Shown here: one piece after another, positions 10,409 to 20,526 of the stretch
Layout: each line of letters begins with the position of its first letter
Numbering within the stretch: position 1 is the first letter of the stretch
Assembly (NCBI GenBank): GCA_963663805.2
Contig: CAXXMR010000008.1
Span: 32,001 to 96,000 of the forward strand
Direction of reading: 5' to 3'
DNA length: 64,000 bases
Source of the DNA: Sedimentisphaerales bacterium
GTDB lineage: Bacteria > Planctomycetota > Phycisphaerae > Sedimentisphaerales > SM23-30
Program-made: the position numbers and the translations under genes
The notes under the pieces: model-generated
Databases searched by the model: none
Seen by the model: the letters and a program-made list of their open reading frames with translations, nothing else
Told to the model about the DNA's origin: nothing

Positions 10409-12307
10409 ATGACCGAAAGACTACTGGATAATATTAACAGTCCGCAGGACCTGAAGAAGCTCAAACTTGAGCAGCTAAACCAGCTGGCCCGTGAAATCAG
10501 GCAGCTGATTAAAGAAACCGTCAGTAAAAACGGCGGTCATCTGGCCAGCAATCTGGGTGTAATCGAGCTGACGATAGCTTTGCATTATGTATTTGATTTT
10601 GCCGCTGACCGGCTGGTCTGGGATGTGGGTCATCAATGTTATGTGCATAAGATTCTTACCGGTCGGGGCAAAGATTTCTCGAAGCTGCGTCAACCGGGCG
10701 GGCTGAGCGGTTTTCCCAATCCCGCCGAAAGTAAATATGACCAGTTTTCGGTTGGTCATGCCGGTACTTCCGTTGCCACCGCAGTGGGTTTGAGTCTGGG
10801 AGCTCAAATCAAAAAGACATCTGAAAAAGTTGTGGCTCTGGTGGGTGACGCCAGTATTGTCAACGGTTTGTCGTTTGAGGGACTCAACAATATGTCTCTG
10901 CTCAAGCGGCAGATGCTCATTGTGTTTAACGATAATTTTATGGCGATTGATAAAACCAAAGGTGCTTTTGCCGAGTATCTGACTCGCTTTCGGGTATCTC
11001 GTCCTTATGAGGTTTTTCGTCGGCGGACCCAAAGAATGGTGCGTCAGCTGCCTTTTGTGGGTGACGCTTTGGAAGACACTCTGCATCGCGTCAAAGATGG
11101 TTTGAAAACCACTTTGCATCAGGATTTGGGGCGTTTCGAGCAGTTAGGCATTCCTACTTTTGGCCCCATCGACGGTCATGACGTTATTTCGCTCATAAAA
11201 CTTCTGGAACAGATTAAGGATGTTGACCATCCTGTCCTGCTGCACGTTCTAACCGAAAAAGGTCGCGGCTTTACCCCGGCTCGTGAGGATCCGTGTACTT
11301 TTCATAGTCCCCAGCCTTTCAAGGTTGACGGCGAAACGGCCAGTTTTTCCGATAAATCCGATAAGAGTTTCACGCGTGCATTTGCTGACAGTCTGACTGA
11401 AATCATGAAGCGTGACAAAACTGTTATGGCCCTGACGGCTGCCATGCCGGACGGAACCGGTCTGGCCCAGGTGCGGGAAGTTTTTCCCGACAGGGTTTTT
11501 GATGTGGGTATCGCTGAAAGTGCCGCGGTGGATATTGCCGCGGGGATGGCCAAGGTAGGATTAAAGCCGGTGGTCTGCATCTACTCTACTTTTTTGCAGC
11601 GAAGTTTCGACCAGATTTTTCAGGAAGTATCTTTACAGAACCTACCGGTCATTTTTTGTATGGACCGGGCCGGCATGGTCGGCGGCGACGGTGCGGTTCA
11701 TCATGGCTTTTGCGATACAAGCCTTTTGCGTACTTTGGTGAATCTGGAAGTTATGGCTCCCTGCTGCGAAGCGGAGTTGCGATCGTCCCTTGAATATGCG
11801 GTTAATTGTGGTCGGCCGGTGGCGATACGTTATCCGCGTGACCGGGTTGCTCACGAAGATGAACTGCCCGACAACTACGCATGTCCGGTCTTCGAGAAGG
11901 GGCGGGCCCATGTTCTTAAATCCGGGTCGGACGCGACCATTCTTGCCTATGGCGCTCCGGTGATTGCGGGCTTGACCGCCGCGAAAGAACTTGCCAAAGA
12001 AGGTTTGGATGTCGCGGTTATCAGTGCCCGCTTTGCCAAACCTTTGGATGGTGATTTGCTGCGTGATATTTTCACTAACGGAACGGGTCCGATTATTACG
12101 GTTGAGGACCACACGCTTATCGGTGGATTTGGTTCTGCTGTTCTGGAATTTGCCGCAGATGAACAGCTCGATGCCCGTCGGATTACGAGGCTTGGTCTGG
12201 CAGATGAGTTTGTTGGGGTGGACAGCCGGGCAGGTCAGTTGCGTACTATAGGAATTGATGCTCAAAGCATTGGGCGGCAAATCAGACAGCTTCTTCAAAA
12301 AAAATGA
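10409..12307 (+). CDS. dxs: 1-deoxy-D-xylulose-5-phosphate synthase
   Basis: GGHLASNLG, WDVGHQCYVHKILTGR, GHAGTS, DVGIAES, DRAG..G.DGAVHHG, IRYPR. Confidence 0.97.
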   Translation: MTERLLDNINSPQDLKKLKLEQLNQLAREIRQLIKETVSKNGGHLASNLGVIELTIALHYVFDFAADRLVWDVGHQCYVHKILTGRGKDFSKLRQPGGLSGFPNPAESKYDQFSVGHAGTSVATAVGLSLGAQIKKTSEKVVALVGDASIVNGLSFEGLNNMSLLKRQMLIVFNDNFMAIDKTKGAFAEYLTRFRVSRPYEVFRRRTQRMVRQLPFVGDALEDTLHRVKDGLKTTLHQDLGRFEQLGIPTFGPIDGHDVISLIKLLEQIKDVDHPVLLHVLTEKGRGFTPAREDPCTFHSPQPFKVDGETASFSDKSDKSFTRAFADSLTEIMKRDKTVMALTAAMPDGTGLAQVREVFPDRVFDVGIAESAAVDIAAGMAKVGLKPVVCIYSTFLQRSFDQIFQEVSLQNLPVIFCMDRAGMVGGDGAVHHGFCDTSLLRTLVNLEVMAPCCEAELRSSLEYAVNCGRPVAIRYPRDRVAHEDELPDNYACPVFEKGRAHVLKSGSDATILAYGAPVIAGLTAAKELAKEGLDVAVISARFAKPLDGDLLRDIFTNGTGPIITVEDHTLIGGFGSAVLEFAADEQLDARRITRLGLADEFVGVDSRAGQLRTIGIDAQSIGRQIRQLLQKK

Positions 12308-12343
12308 GTCGCTGATTTTTTCTGTGGAGCTATAATAAGCTTT

Positions 12344-13228
12344 ATGAAGAAAAAGAGAATTATATTACTGCATAATTCCAGCAAGCCGGATACTGGTGAA
12401 AAAGGTCTGTCTCTGCTGACCTGGCTGGAGCAGCGGTCTGAAATTGTCGCCCATAGTCTGCATGAGCCCATCGACATGGACCGGCTGCCCGAAGCGGATT
12501 TTGTAGTGGTGCTGGGTGGTGACGGGACTATTTTGTCAACCGCGCGTTTGCTCAAGGAAAGGGAACTGCCCATTGTTGGGGTCAATATGGGCAAGCTCGG
12601 ATTTCTGGCGGAATATTCGATCGAGGATTTTCAAAACTGTTTTGAGCGGATAGTTACCGATGATTCACTGATTAGTCGGCGTACCATGCTGGACTGTCAA
12701 ATCATTGGGCCGGGCCGGGCTGCTCGCTATACCACTGCGGTGAACGAACTGGCGATTGTGGCAGGTCCGCCTTTCCGTATTATTCAGGTTCAGGTTCGTA
12801 TCGGTACTGAGCAGTTGGCAGTTTGTTCCGGCGATGGTTTGATCGTGGCGACCCCCACCGGTTCGACGGCATATAATCTTTCTGCCGGCGGTCCGATTAT
12901 CGCCGCGACTATCAATGCCGCGGTGATTACTCCGCTGGCGGCCCATTCTCTGAGCTTTCGGCCGATTGTGGTTAATCTTGATGCGCCTATCGGTATACGT
13001 TGTCGTGAAGCGACCGCTTATGATTCTGAGCATCAATCTCCGCCAGCGGTAGTCGCAATTGACGGCCAGCAGCATTTGCCCCTCGACCATGACGAAGAAG
13101 TGATTATCACCCGTTCCGCCAAATCGTTTCGACTGGTTACCAACCCCTTTCAGAGTCCCTGGCGTTTGCTCAATACCAAACTCAACTGGGGTGCTCTGCC
13201 GAATTATACCAATCATCAACAAAGTTGA
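12344..13228 (+). CDS. nadK: NAD(+) kinase
   Basis: LGGDGT, GVNMGKLGFL, NE, GDGLIVATPTGSTAYNLSAGGP. Confidence 0.95.
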   Translation: MKKKRIILLHNSSKPDTGEKGLSLLTWLEQRSEIVAHSLHEPIDMDRLPEADFVVVLGGDGTILSTARLLKERELPIVGVNMGKLGFLAEYSIEDFQNCFERIVTDDSLISRRTMLDCQIIGPGRAARYTTAVNELAIVAGPPFRIIQVQVRIGTEQLAVCSGDGLIVATPTGSTAYNLSAGGPIIAATINAAVITPLAAHSLSFRPIVVNLDAPIGIRCREATAYDSEHQSPPAVVAIDGQQHLPLDHDEEVIITRSAKSFRLVTNPFQSPWRLLNTKLNWGALPNYTNHQQS

Positions 13229-16200
13229 TTAGTTGATTACATCGTCGTGGACCGGTCCGATTTTGCTGACATTGGATAAATCCAAAGCTTCATCACCGGT
13301 GAAATAAACCCTGCCCAGCTTATCAGCGTAAATCGTACCTGAGACATCGGCCTTTGAGTTGACGATGCTGGAACGCCTGCCTTCCTCATAGCCAACCATA
13401 ATACGTTTGATGTTCTTGGTTGCTGAAACGATGGTATCGGTGAAACCATCTTCGGCGGAAATATGATTAATGGAACGAACCAGACTGACCAGCGTCGCGT
13501 CGGTAACGGAGCCGGTGACCTTGACAGACTTCAGGTCGAAGGTACTCTGGGCCGTGCCGGTGAAATCTGAACCGGTATAGGTGTCATCTTCATCGAGCTG
13601 GTCTTTGTTGAGGTCATAGCCTATCAGGACATCGCCCAGCCGGGTGGATTGAATCGAACCGGCGAAGTCTCCGCCGCTGCTGACCCGATTGATTCTGGAC
13701 CTTCGTGAACCATCGGCGGTCATTTCCACCGTGCTGGAGACATCACCGTCGGCATGTATTGTGAGGATGCTCTTGTCGGCGCTGATTTCCACGTTGTCGA
13801 TGTTACCGTTTGTATTGCCGGGGCCGTCTTGGTCCCGAACGATTACCTTGCCGATTTTACCATCCTCGATCGGAGCGGTAATGGCACTGTTGGTTAGGTT
13901 GCCGTCCTCTATGGTTACTTGTTTGATATTGCCTTCTGAGTAAAGCAGGGTTGAATCTATGTCGCCCTGTTCGATGGTAACGCTGCCGATTTTGGCCTTG
14001 CGACCCAGCAGGTAGAAAGTCGAGCTGGACACCGCGACATCTGCGTTGTCGAGATTATTGACGGTTAGCGAGCTGAGAGAACGGCTGTTGAATTCACTGT
14101 CGGTAATGACGCCGTCGATAACTATATCGCCAAGGCTGTTCGTGCTGCGGCGGGGGAGAATTTGAATATTGGCAACGTCACCCAATACCTGCAAATTTTT
14201 CAGGCCCGTCGCTAAGAAACGATGGCCGGTGGTGTCGGCATCGCCCAGTGAGTCCGCCTGGAAACTGGTATATTCCAGGCCTGGCGTGAGGACATCCTGA
14301 ACCGAGCCGATACTAACGCGGGACACTTTGCCTTCAGCGTCGTCCGGGGCGGTAATGGTTTCGACATCGCCGCCGAAAATCAGCCGGCCCAGCGAATCAT
14401 TGATTACGATTTCGTCGAGGGTGAGATCGCCGATGTCGTCAATGTTGGCCAGGACCACTTCGCTGCGGGAGTTGCTCTGGAGTATGATTAAGGAAGTCAA
14501 ATCTTTGATGTCGCCGTCGAGGTTGGACAGATATGACAAGGCCGCCTGGGTGCTGCCTTCGGTGCGGAGCTGGAGAGTCTCACCGTTAAACTCAAATTCC
14601 TGGATGGGGGCAGTTTCGTCCGCGATTGTTGAAGCTGTCAGTGACCATTGGGATTGCCAGGTGTCCGTGGCGGTTTCGGTGAAGGTCAACAGTGCGTCAT
14701 CTTCGGTTGTGTTGTTATCGGGGTCCTGGGCGATGGCCATGATTTTGCCGTCACCGTAAACTTCCAGATGAGAAAGGGTGGCATTGGTCAGGAACGATGC
14801 CTGGTCAATGTCTTCTGGCGCGATGACGGTGCTTATGTCCTCAAACACACCGGGGTCAACTCTGGTCGCGGTGCCTATGGCGGTAACGTTAGTTGAATAC
14901 AGATATATATCGCCATCGGCGTCGAAGTCGAAAAGGATATTAGCAGCGGTATCGTCAGGTGAAAAAGTTCCGGCCGCTACTTCGGTGGCCAGGTCGGCGG
15001 TGGCTGCCTGGCCCAGATTCATGATGCGTGCTTCGTCTGCGAAATCAATGGCCACGTAGGGGCGGATGTAGGTGGCTTCGCGGATATTTAATTGGCCGAG
15101 GGTGTATTCGGTAAGTTCACTTTGGGCGATGGTCGCTAGTCCTGCCTCGTCGGAAAGCAGGACGGTTAAGTCGCCGTTGTTTTCAAGAATAAGGTCGCCG
15201 TCGGCAACGTAGCCGGCTGCTGATTGTAAAGCGTCGGTCCATAGCTCAGCCGTGCCGTCGGAGTTGAGCATGTAAAGCTCATAGACGGTATCATTTTTGA
15301 TAGTGACTGCCATCCTGCCGCCCATGACCGAATCTTCGGCGGTAAAGATGAGGTCGCCCATGTAGGCGCTTGCTACATCATCGGTGAAATCGTAAAAGTC
15401 AGCGACATTGCCCAGCGAGTCGATTCTGAGTACCGTAGCAGCCTGCCAGGTTCCCACATAGAGGCTGTCTCCATAATCATCACCACTGGAGAAATCCAGA
15501 GAGACCACGCCGTCCGCTATATTTTCGATCCAGAGTTCCGCCGTGCCGTCCGGACTGATACGCCAGAGGTCCGAGCTGTAATTGCCGGCAATGTTTTCAC
15601 TCAAAAGATAGATATAGTCGCCGAAATCGCCGCCGGGACTGAATGCCAGGTCGATTACGTCAAAAAAAACCGGTCAGGGTCAGACCATCTTTTTCCGCCG
15701 CGACTGCCTCACCATTTTGGTTATATTCTATATAACTGGTCACAAATTCCGTGATTGTGCCGTCGGCAGCAACTGTGTACAGTTGGCCGTCGAGGTCGTC
15801 ACCCATGCTGGCGCCGAACGTGCCCAGGAACATCAGGTTGTCGAATGTGCCGGCAGTACTGGTGTCAATCGCAATTGCCGCGGGGTTTAAGGTTGTTTGA
15901 GAGCCGGAAGGGGTGAAAAACTGGGTGTAAACCGCCGATTCAGGGTCGTCGGGGTCAGCGGCAATGCGGGTAATAGAGCCGTCGCCGCCGGAACCGGAGG
16001 AAAGCTGGGTAACGTAATAGTAATTACCGTAATCACCAGAGCCTTTTACGAGAGAATTGGCGACGAAGGTGCCGGTAGTGGAGGAAATGGTGTTTATCGG
16101 CAGGGCTGCATCACCGGCGACGATGCTGTTGGCGAGTTCGGATTTGATAACGGTCTCGAAATCATCCTGGTCAGCGTAGGTGGACAGCACGTAGGAGTCG

Positions 16201-16760
16201 CCGCCGAGCGTGGGAGTCATTTTTATAACCGTCTGGGTGGTTTGCTCGGTAATATAGATTGCTGAATTCGAGTCTGTGTCGAGACTTACGATTACGGGGC
16301 TGGTTTGGCCGGTCCAATTCTGAATTTGGGCCTGAGTGATTATTACTGAGGCGGTTGCGTCCGCTTCGAGGGCTATGATGTCGCAGGTTCCGTCGAAGGT
16401 TATGAGTATTTGGCCTTGAGCGTTGCAGTTGAGCTGATTTACGGTGGGGGAAGTGATGCTAAGTTCGGCTGCTTCAACGATTTCCGTCAGGTCGGCGATT
16501 TTGACGGCTGGGTCGGTCGCCCCGGCGGGGTTTTGATGGTAGAGGCTGTCGTAAGCGATGAAGTAGGCCAGACCCTGGTCGTCGAGGGCGATGTTGCTAA
16601 GCTCCATGGGGCCAAGTGGGTCGGGTGTTTCTTCGTTAATGTCTTCGTCGGCGGCCTGATAGGGCGTACCGTTGAGGAGCAGGCGATTTTCGAGATATTC
16701 CAGGGCGAGTTTTTGTTGGGATTGATTTTTGTTGGGGCTGTTTTTGAAGAATTTAGGCAT
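13229..16760 (-). CDS. Large acidic secreted protein with N-terminal planctomycete LEPRxLL-type motif (~1176 aa if joined). Split by a T8 tract at 15662-15669
   Basis: LALEYLENRLLL near the N-terminus. Removing one T from the T8 run joins ...LTGFF to DVIDLAFSPGGDFGDYIYLLSENIAG, in frame with ORF 13229..15604. Beta-propeller-like repeats followed by a beta-helix-like C-terminal region. Confidence 0.75.
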
Positions 16761-16903
16761 TTTTCGGCCGCTCCAGTGGAAAAAACATGGTTTTAAGTCG
16801 TTTTTTCGGGTTTTTGGCTGCTAAACCCAGCTGTTATCATGCTAACGTTATTAACTATATCAGGCAACAAGTTTAGCCTGTGGGTGTTATACTATTTATT
16901 TAG

Positions 16904-16931
16904 TTATCGGCAAAAAAAGGCGTACAAGTGA
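16904..16931 (-). promoter_or_regulatory. sigma28-like promoter upstream of the LEPRxLL-type gene
   Basis: Minus strand TCAC-N16-GCCGATAA. Perfect -10, weak -35. Confidence 0.5.
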
Positions 16932-16991
16932 GAATATAACCATTGTTTATGTCAATATTTAGGATGGTTTTTGAAAAAAATGGGAAAATAT

Positions 16992-17039
16992 TTGACGGGT
17001 TGGGGTTTGTGGTGTATAGTGTATTAGTTGAGTAATACA
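16992..17039 (+). promoter_or_regulatory. sigma70 promoter with overlapping YtrA/GntR-type operator palindrome
   Basis: TTGACG (16992-16997)-17 bp-TATAGT (17015-17020), followed by TGTATTA-gttgag-TAATACA (17020-17039). Confidence 0.75.
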
Positions 17040-17060
17040 GTGGGTTGTTTGAGGTTGTTG

Positions 17061-17450
17061 ATGATACTTGAGATAGATTTACATAGCGGGGTTCCGATTT
17101 ACCGTCAGATAGTTGACCAGGTTCGAGGGCAGGTGGTTTCTGGTGAGCTGGGTGAGGGTGAGCAGTTGATGTCGGTTCGTGAGCTGGCGGGACAGTTGAA
17201 GGTTAATCCGATGACGGTTAGCAAAGCTTATGCCCGGCTGGAGCTTGAGGGGCTGGTGGATCGGCAGCGGGGGGTTGGGTTGTTTGTGGCTCGTATTCGG
17301 GAGAAGGAAAAGGATAGGGTTAAGGCTGAGATACTGAGTGAGATACTGGAGAAGGCGGCAGTGACGGCGGTGCAGCTTGATATTGATATCGAAGATGTGT
17401 TGGCGAAACTGACGGGGTTTTATCATGAATATAATGGTAAAAAAGGATAA
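17061..17450 (+). CDS. GntR-family (YtrA subfamily) transcriptional regulator
   Basis: PIYRQIVDQV..L..GEQLMSVRELA..L.VNPMTVSKAY..LE.EG....RGVG.FV. Short C-terminal domain. Precedes an ABC ATPase. Confidence 0.92.
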   Translation: MILEIDLHSGVPIYRQIVDQVRGQVVSGELGEGEQLMSVRELAGQLKVNPMTVSKAYARLELEGLVDRQRGVGLFVARIREKEKDRVKAEILSEILEKAAVTAVQLDIDIEDVLAKLTGFYHEYNGKKG

Positions 17451-17453
17451 GCG

Positions 17454-18380
17454 ATGAACGGGAATTATAAGATGAATAATACTGATAGTGGTCAGGTGCT
17501 GGTTGAGGTGCGGGAATTGAGTCGGCGGTTTGGCAAGACTTTGGCGTTGGATGGGGTTTCGATGCGGCTGGAACGTGGGCAGATTTTGGGGCTGGTGGGT
17601 GCCAACGGGTCGGGAAAGAGTACGCTTATGCGGCATTTCATCGGGTTGTATCCGGCGCAGCAGGGTGAGTGTCGCACATTTGGCAAGGACGCGAAGGATC
17701 TGGCGGCGGCGGATATGGCGCGGATAGGTTATGTCCATCAGGAAGGGGAGCTGCTGGAGTGGATGACGGTACGGCAATTGGTGCGGTATGTTAGTGCTTA
17801 TTATCCGGGGTGGGATCATGGTTTGCAGGAAGATTATATTCGTCAGTTTGAGATTGATGTCAAGGCGCGGGTGGCATCGCTTTCGCCGGGCGAGCGGCAG
17901 AAGGTGGCGATTTTACTGGCGGTGGGGTTTGGGCCTGAGCTGCTGATACTGGATGAGCCGGCGGCGGCGCTGGACCCGGTGGCACGGGCGGACTTTTTGA
18001 ATTTACTTTTGGAGTTTATTCAGGAACAGCAGCGGGCAGCGGTGATTTCTTCGCATATATTGAGTGATGTGGAGAAGGTGATTGACCATGTGATAATAAT
18101 GAAGAAGGGGCGATTTCTGCGTGATGTTGGTTTTGATGAGCTGCGGGAGGAATTCTGTCGAGTGCGTTTATCTTCGCTGAACGGGTCTTTGGCAGATGAT
18201 TTGGGATTTGAGGGGGTTTGTGATGTCAAGCGTGAGCAGCGGCAGGCAGTGCTGGTTTTGCAGGGGGCGGACTGGGACGCGGTGCGGGTGCGGGCACGTG
18301 AATTGCGGTGCGAGGTTGATATTCAGCGGTTGGGGTTGGAAGATATTTATCGCGTTCTGGTTAATAAGGAGGGATGGTAA
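17454..18380 (+). CDS. ABC transporter ATP-binding protein (YtrB-like)
   Basis: Walker A GANGSGKST, LSPGERQK signature, Walker B LILDEP, SSH switch. Confidence 0.93.
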   Translation: MNGNYKMNNTDSGQVLVEVRELSRRFGKTLALDGVSMRLERGQILGLVGANGSGKSTLMRHFIGLYPAQQGECRTFGKDAKDLAAADMARIGYVHQEGELLEWMTVRQLVRYVSAYYPGWDHGLQEDYIRQFEIDVKARVASLSPGERQKVAILLAVGFGPELLILDEPAAALDPVARADFLNLLLEFIQEQQRAAVISSHILSDVEKVIDHVIIMKKGRFLRDVGFDELREEFCRVRLSSLNGSLADDLGFEGVCDVKREQRQAVLVLQGADWDAVRVRARELRCEVDIQRLGLEDIYRVLVNKEGW

Positions 18381-19769
18381 ATGACAGCGTTATCGGTAAA
18401 TTTGCGGCAGTATTATCAGCGGTGGGGGCTTTATTACTGGTATTTTATACTTACTTGTGTGATGGTGCCGCAGGCTTTGATGGCTATCAAGGGTAAGTCT
18501 CCGGGGCACTGTCTGGCGTGTTTGCTTTTGAGTGTGCTGATGGGGATTGCGGTGGGGAGTTCGCAGCGTGGGGTTATGTCGCGGCCTTTTTCTTATTGTC
18601 TGCCGGGTCAGATGCGGGTGATGCAGAAAGTCATTATGATTTTCGCGTTGGTGGTAAATCTGCTGGGCGCGCAGATATTCTGGTTTCATTCAGGGCTGGA
18701 TATTTTCGGTAGAGGGCTGGCGGTATTGGGTGCGTTTGGTCTGGGGATGGTGATTTATACATTGTCGGTGTGGGCGAGCTGGGCGGGTCGTTCGGATAAG
18801 TCACCTATGTTTGGGCTGACTCCTTTACTGGTTTTTGGCTTGTTGTATTTTGATGGTCATCTGCTGTTGCTGAATGTGATAGTTGAGAGTTGGTATATTT
18901 GTTTGGGGCTGGGAATTGTGAGTGGGGCATGGCTTTGGCGGCTGACGGGTGATTTGGAGGCGGCGCGGCGTGATTGCGGAAGGTCAATAGCTGGAATCCT
19001 GGACGGGATGAACATGGAGCGGGGCAGGCGGATACAGCAGCGCGTGCGAGCGGAGAAATGGGCAAAGAATAAACGTGTTGAAAATGTCCGGGTGGAAAAC
19101 TTCTTTTTGGGACGGATGGGACACGCTGCTAATTTGAGTCTTACTCGCGTGATGTGGGGGGCGATATATGAGATTCTGATGCCCTGGTTTTCGCAGGAGA
19201 CGGTCAAGTTCGCGGTTTTGGCATTACTGCTGGCAGTTGGCTATGGTTATTTCCCGTGGGGTAAAATTGATAGTAGTCAGAGCATGGTGAATTTTCTTTA
19301 TGTTATGGTAATGGGTTTGGGGTTTCAGGTTAGTATGCCGGTCTGGCATAGTTTTCTACTGGCCAGCGGCAGGCGCCAGCGGTTCTGGGCGACGTTATCA
19401 GGGACGGCAGGTTTTGCGGTGATGGTGACTATTTTAGCGGCAGCGGTAGCAGGTACGACTGTGCTGCTGGAAAAGGTCTTGCCGGCGGTGATTATTAAGG
19501 GGCAGGAAATAAATTTTTCGGCAATGGATTTGCGGTTGGTTTATGTTTCGACAATGGTGATGGCGGTTGGTTTTTCGGTCAAGGCGATTGCCCGTAAGAA
19601 TGGGTTATTAATGATGTTAATTTTCACACCTGTTATTGTGACAGGTTTTTTCTGGGTGCAGGTGCTGGGGAGCTTAGGTGTGATTTGGGGCTTGCTGATT
19701 ATGACAGCGGTTTGGCTGATATATATAGCGATTTTGTGGTTGCGTTGTTTTCGGTGGAGGTTGAGTTAG
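18381..19769 (+). CDS. Polytopic membrane protein, probable ABC-2-type permease
   Basis: About 12 hydrophobic segments in two halves. Starts immediately after the ATPase stop. Confidence 0.7.
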   Translation: MTALSVNLRQYYQRWGLYYWYFILTCVMVPQALMAIKGKSPGHCLACLLLSVLMGIAVGSSQRGVMSRPFSYCLPGQMRVMQKVIMIFALVVNLLGAQIFWFHSGLDIFGRGLAVLGAFGLGMVIYTLSVWASWAGRSDKSPMFGLTPLLVFGLLYFDGHLLLLNVIVESWYICLGLGIVSGAWLWRLTGDLEAARRDCGRSIAGILDGMNMERGRRIQQRVRAEKWAKNKRVENVRVENFFLGRMGHAANLSLTRVMWGAIYEILMPWFSQETVKFAVLALLLAVGYGYFPWGKIDSSQSMVNFLYVMVMGLGFQVSMPVWHSFLLASGRRQRFWATLSGTAGFAVMVTILAAAVAGTTVLLEKVLPAVIIKGQEINFSAMDLRLVYVSTMVMAVGFSVKAIARKNGLLMMLIFTPVIVTGFFWVQVLGSLGVIWGLLIMTAVWLIYIAILWLRCFRWRLS

Positions 19770-19779
19770 AAATTTGTGA

Positions 19780-20358
19780 TTATTCGAGGTCCATCTGTAC
19801 GGCTATTTTGATGAGTTCGGCGAGGTTTTGGGCGTTTAGCTTTTTCATGATGTGGGCCCGGTGGTCTTCGATGGTTCGGATAGATCGTTCCATGGAGTTG
19901 GCTATTTCGCGATTGGTTTGGCCCTGGGCGATCATTTTTAGAACTTTGTTCTCCGTGGGGGTTAGCGGTCGACCGGCGAGGGGATTTTCTTTGTCACGCG
20001 GTTTGAGGGTGGCAGATACGGTTTTAAGGAGATAGTCGCGGTCGAGCGGTTTTTCGATATAGTCTAAGGCGCCCGCCTTGATAGCTCTTACAGCCAGGGG
20101 AATTTCGGGGAATCCGGTGACGATTAGAATCGGGATGGCAGGGTAGGTTCGTCGGACTTTTTTGAGCAGTTCTATGCCGGTCATTTCGGGCATGTTGACA
20201 TCGGTGATTAGCAGGTCACAAGGTGATTCTTTGAGGGCCTTGAGGCAATCCTGGGCGGAGAGGAAATCAAGGACACTCCATTTCTTTCGGCGCAGAATAC
20301 GGGATACGGTTTTGCATATTGCCGGGTCATCATCAACAAAAAAAATCTGCTGAGCCAT
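19780..20358 (-). CDS. FixJ/LuxR-family response regulator
   Basis: VDDD, DLLITDVNMP, KP receiver motifs, plus LTPTENKVL..G.TNREIA..M.RS.RTIEDHR HTH. Confidence 0.92.
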   Translation of the reverse strand: MAQQIFFVDDDPAICKTVSRILRRKKWSVLDFLSAQDCLKALKESPCDLLITDVNMPEMTGIELLKKVRRTYPAIPILIVTGFPEIPLAVRAIKAGALDYIEKPLDRDYLLKTVSATLKPRDKENPLAGRPLTPTENKVLKMIAQGQTNREIANSMERSIRTIEDHRAHIMKKLNAQNLAELIKIAVQMDLE

Positions 20359-20526
20359 AATATCCTTTCACAAAACCGCAAAATTTGCGTTATGTACTAT
20401 GTTTCCCCCCGCCAAACAACCCTGCCATTGTAACGTTTTTACAAATTGTTCGCTATCGTGGTAAATACGGTATTTAAAAATAAATATTCCGGCGTAATAC
20501 AAGATAACTCTATGTATAACAGGCGA

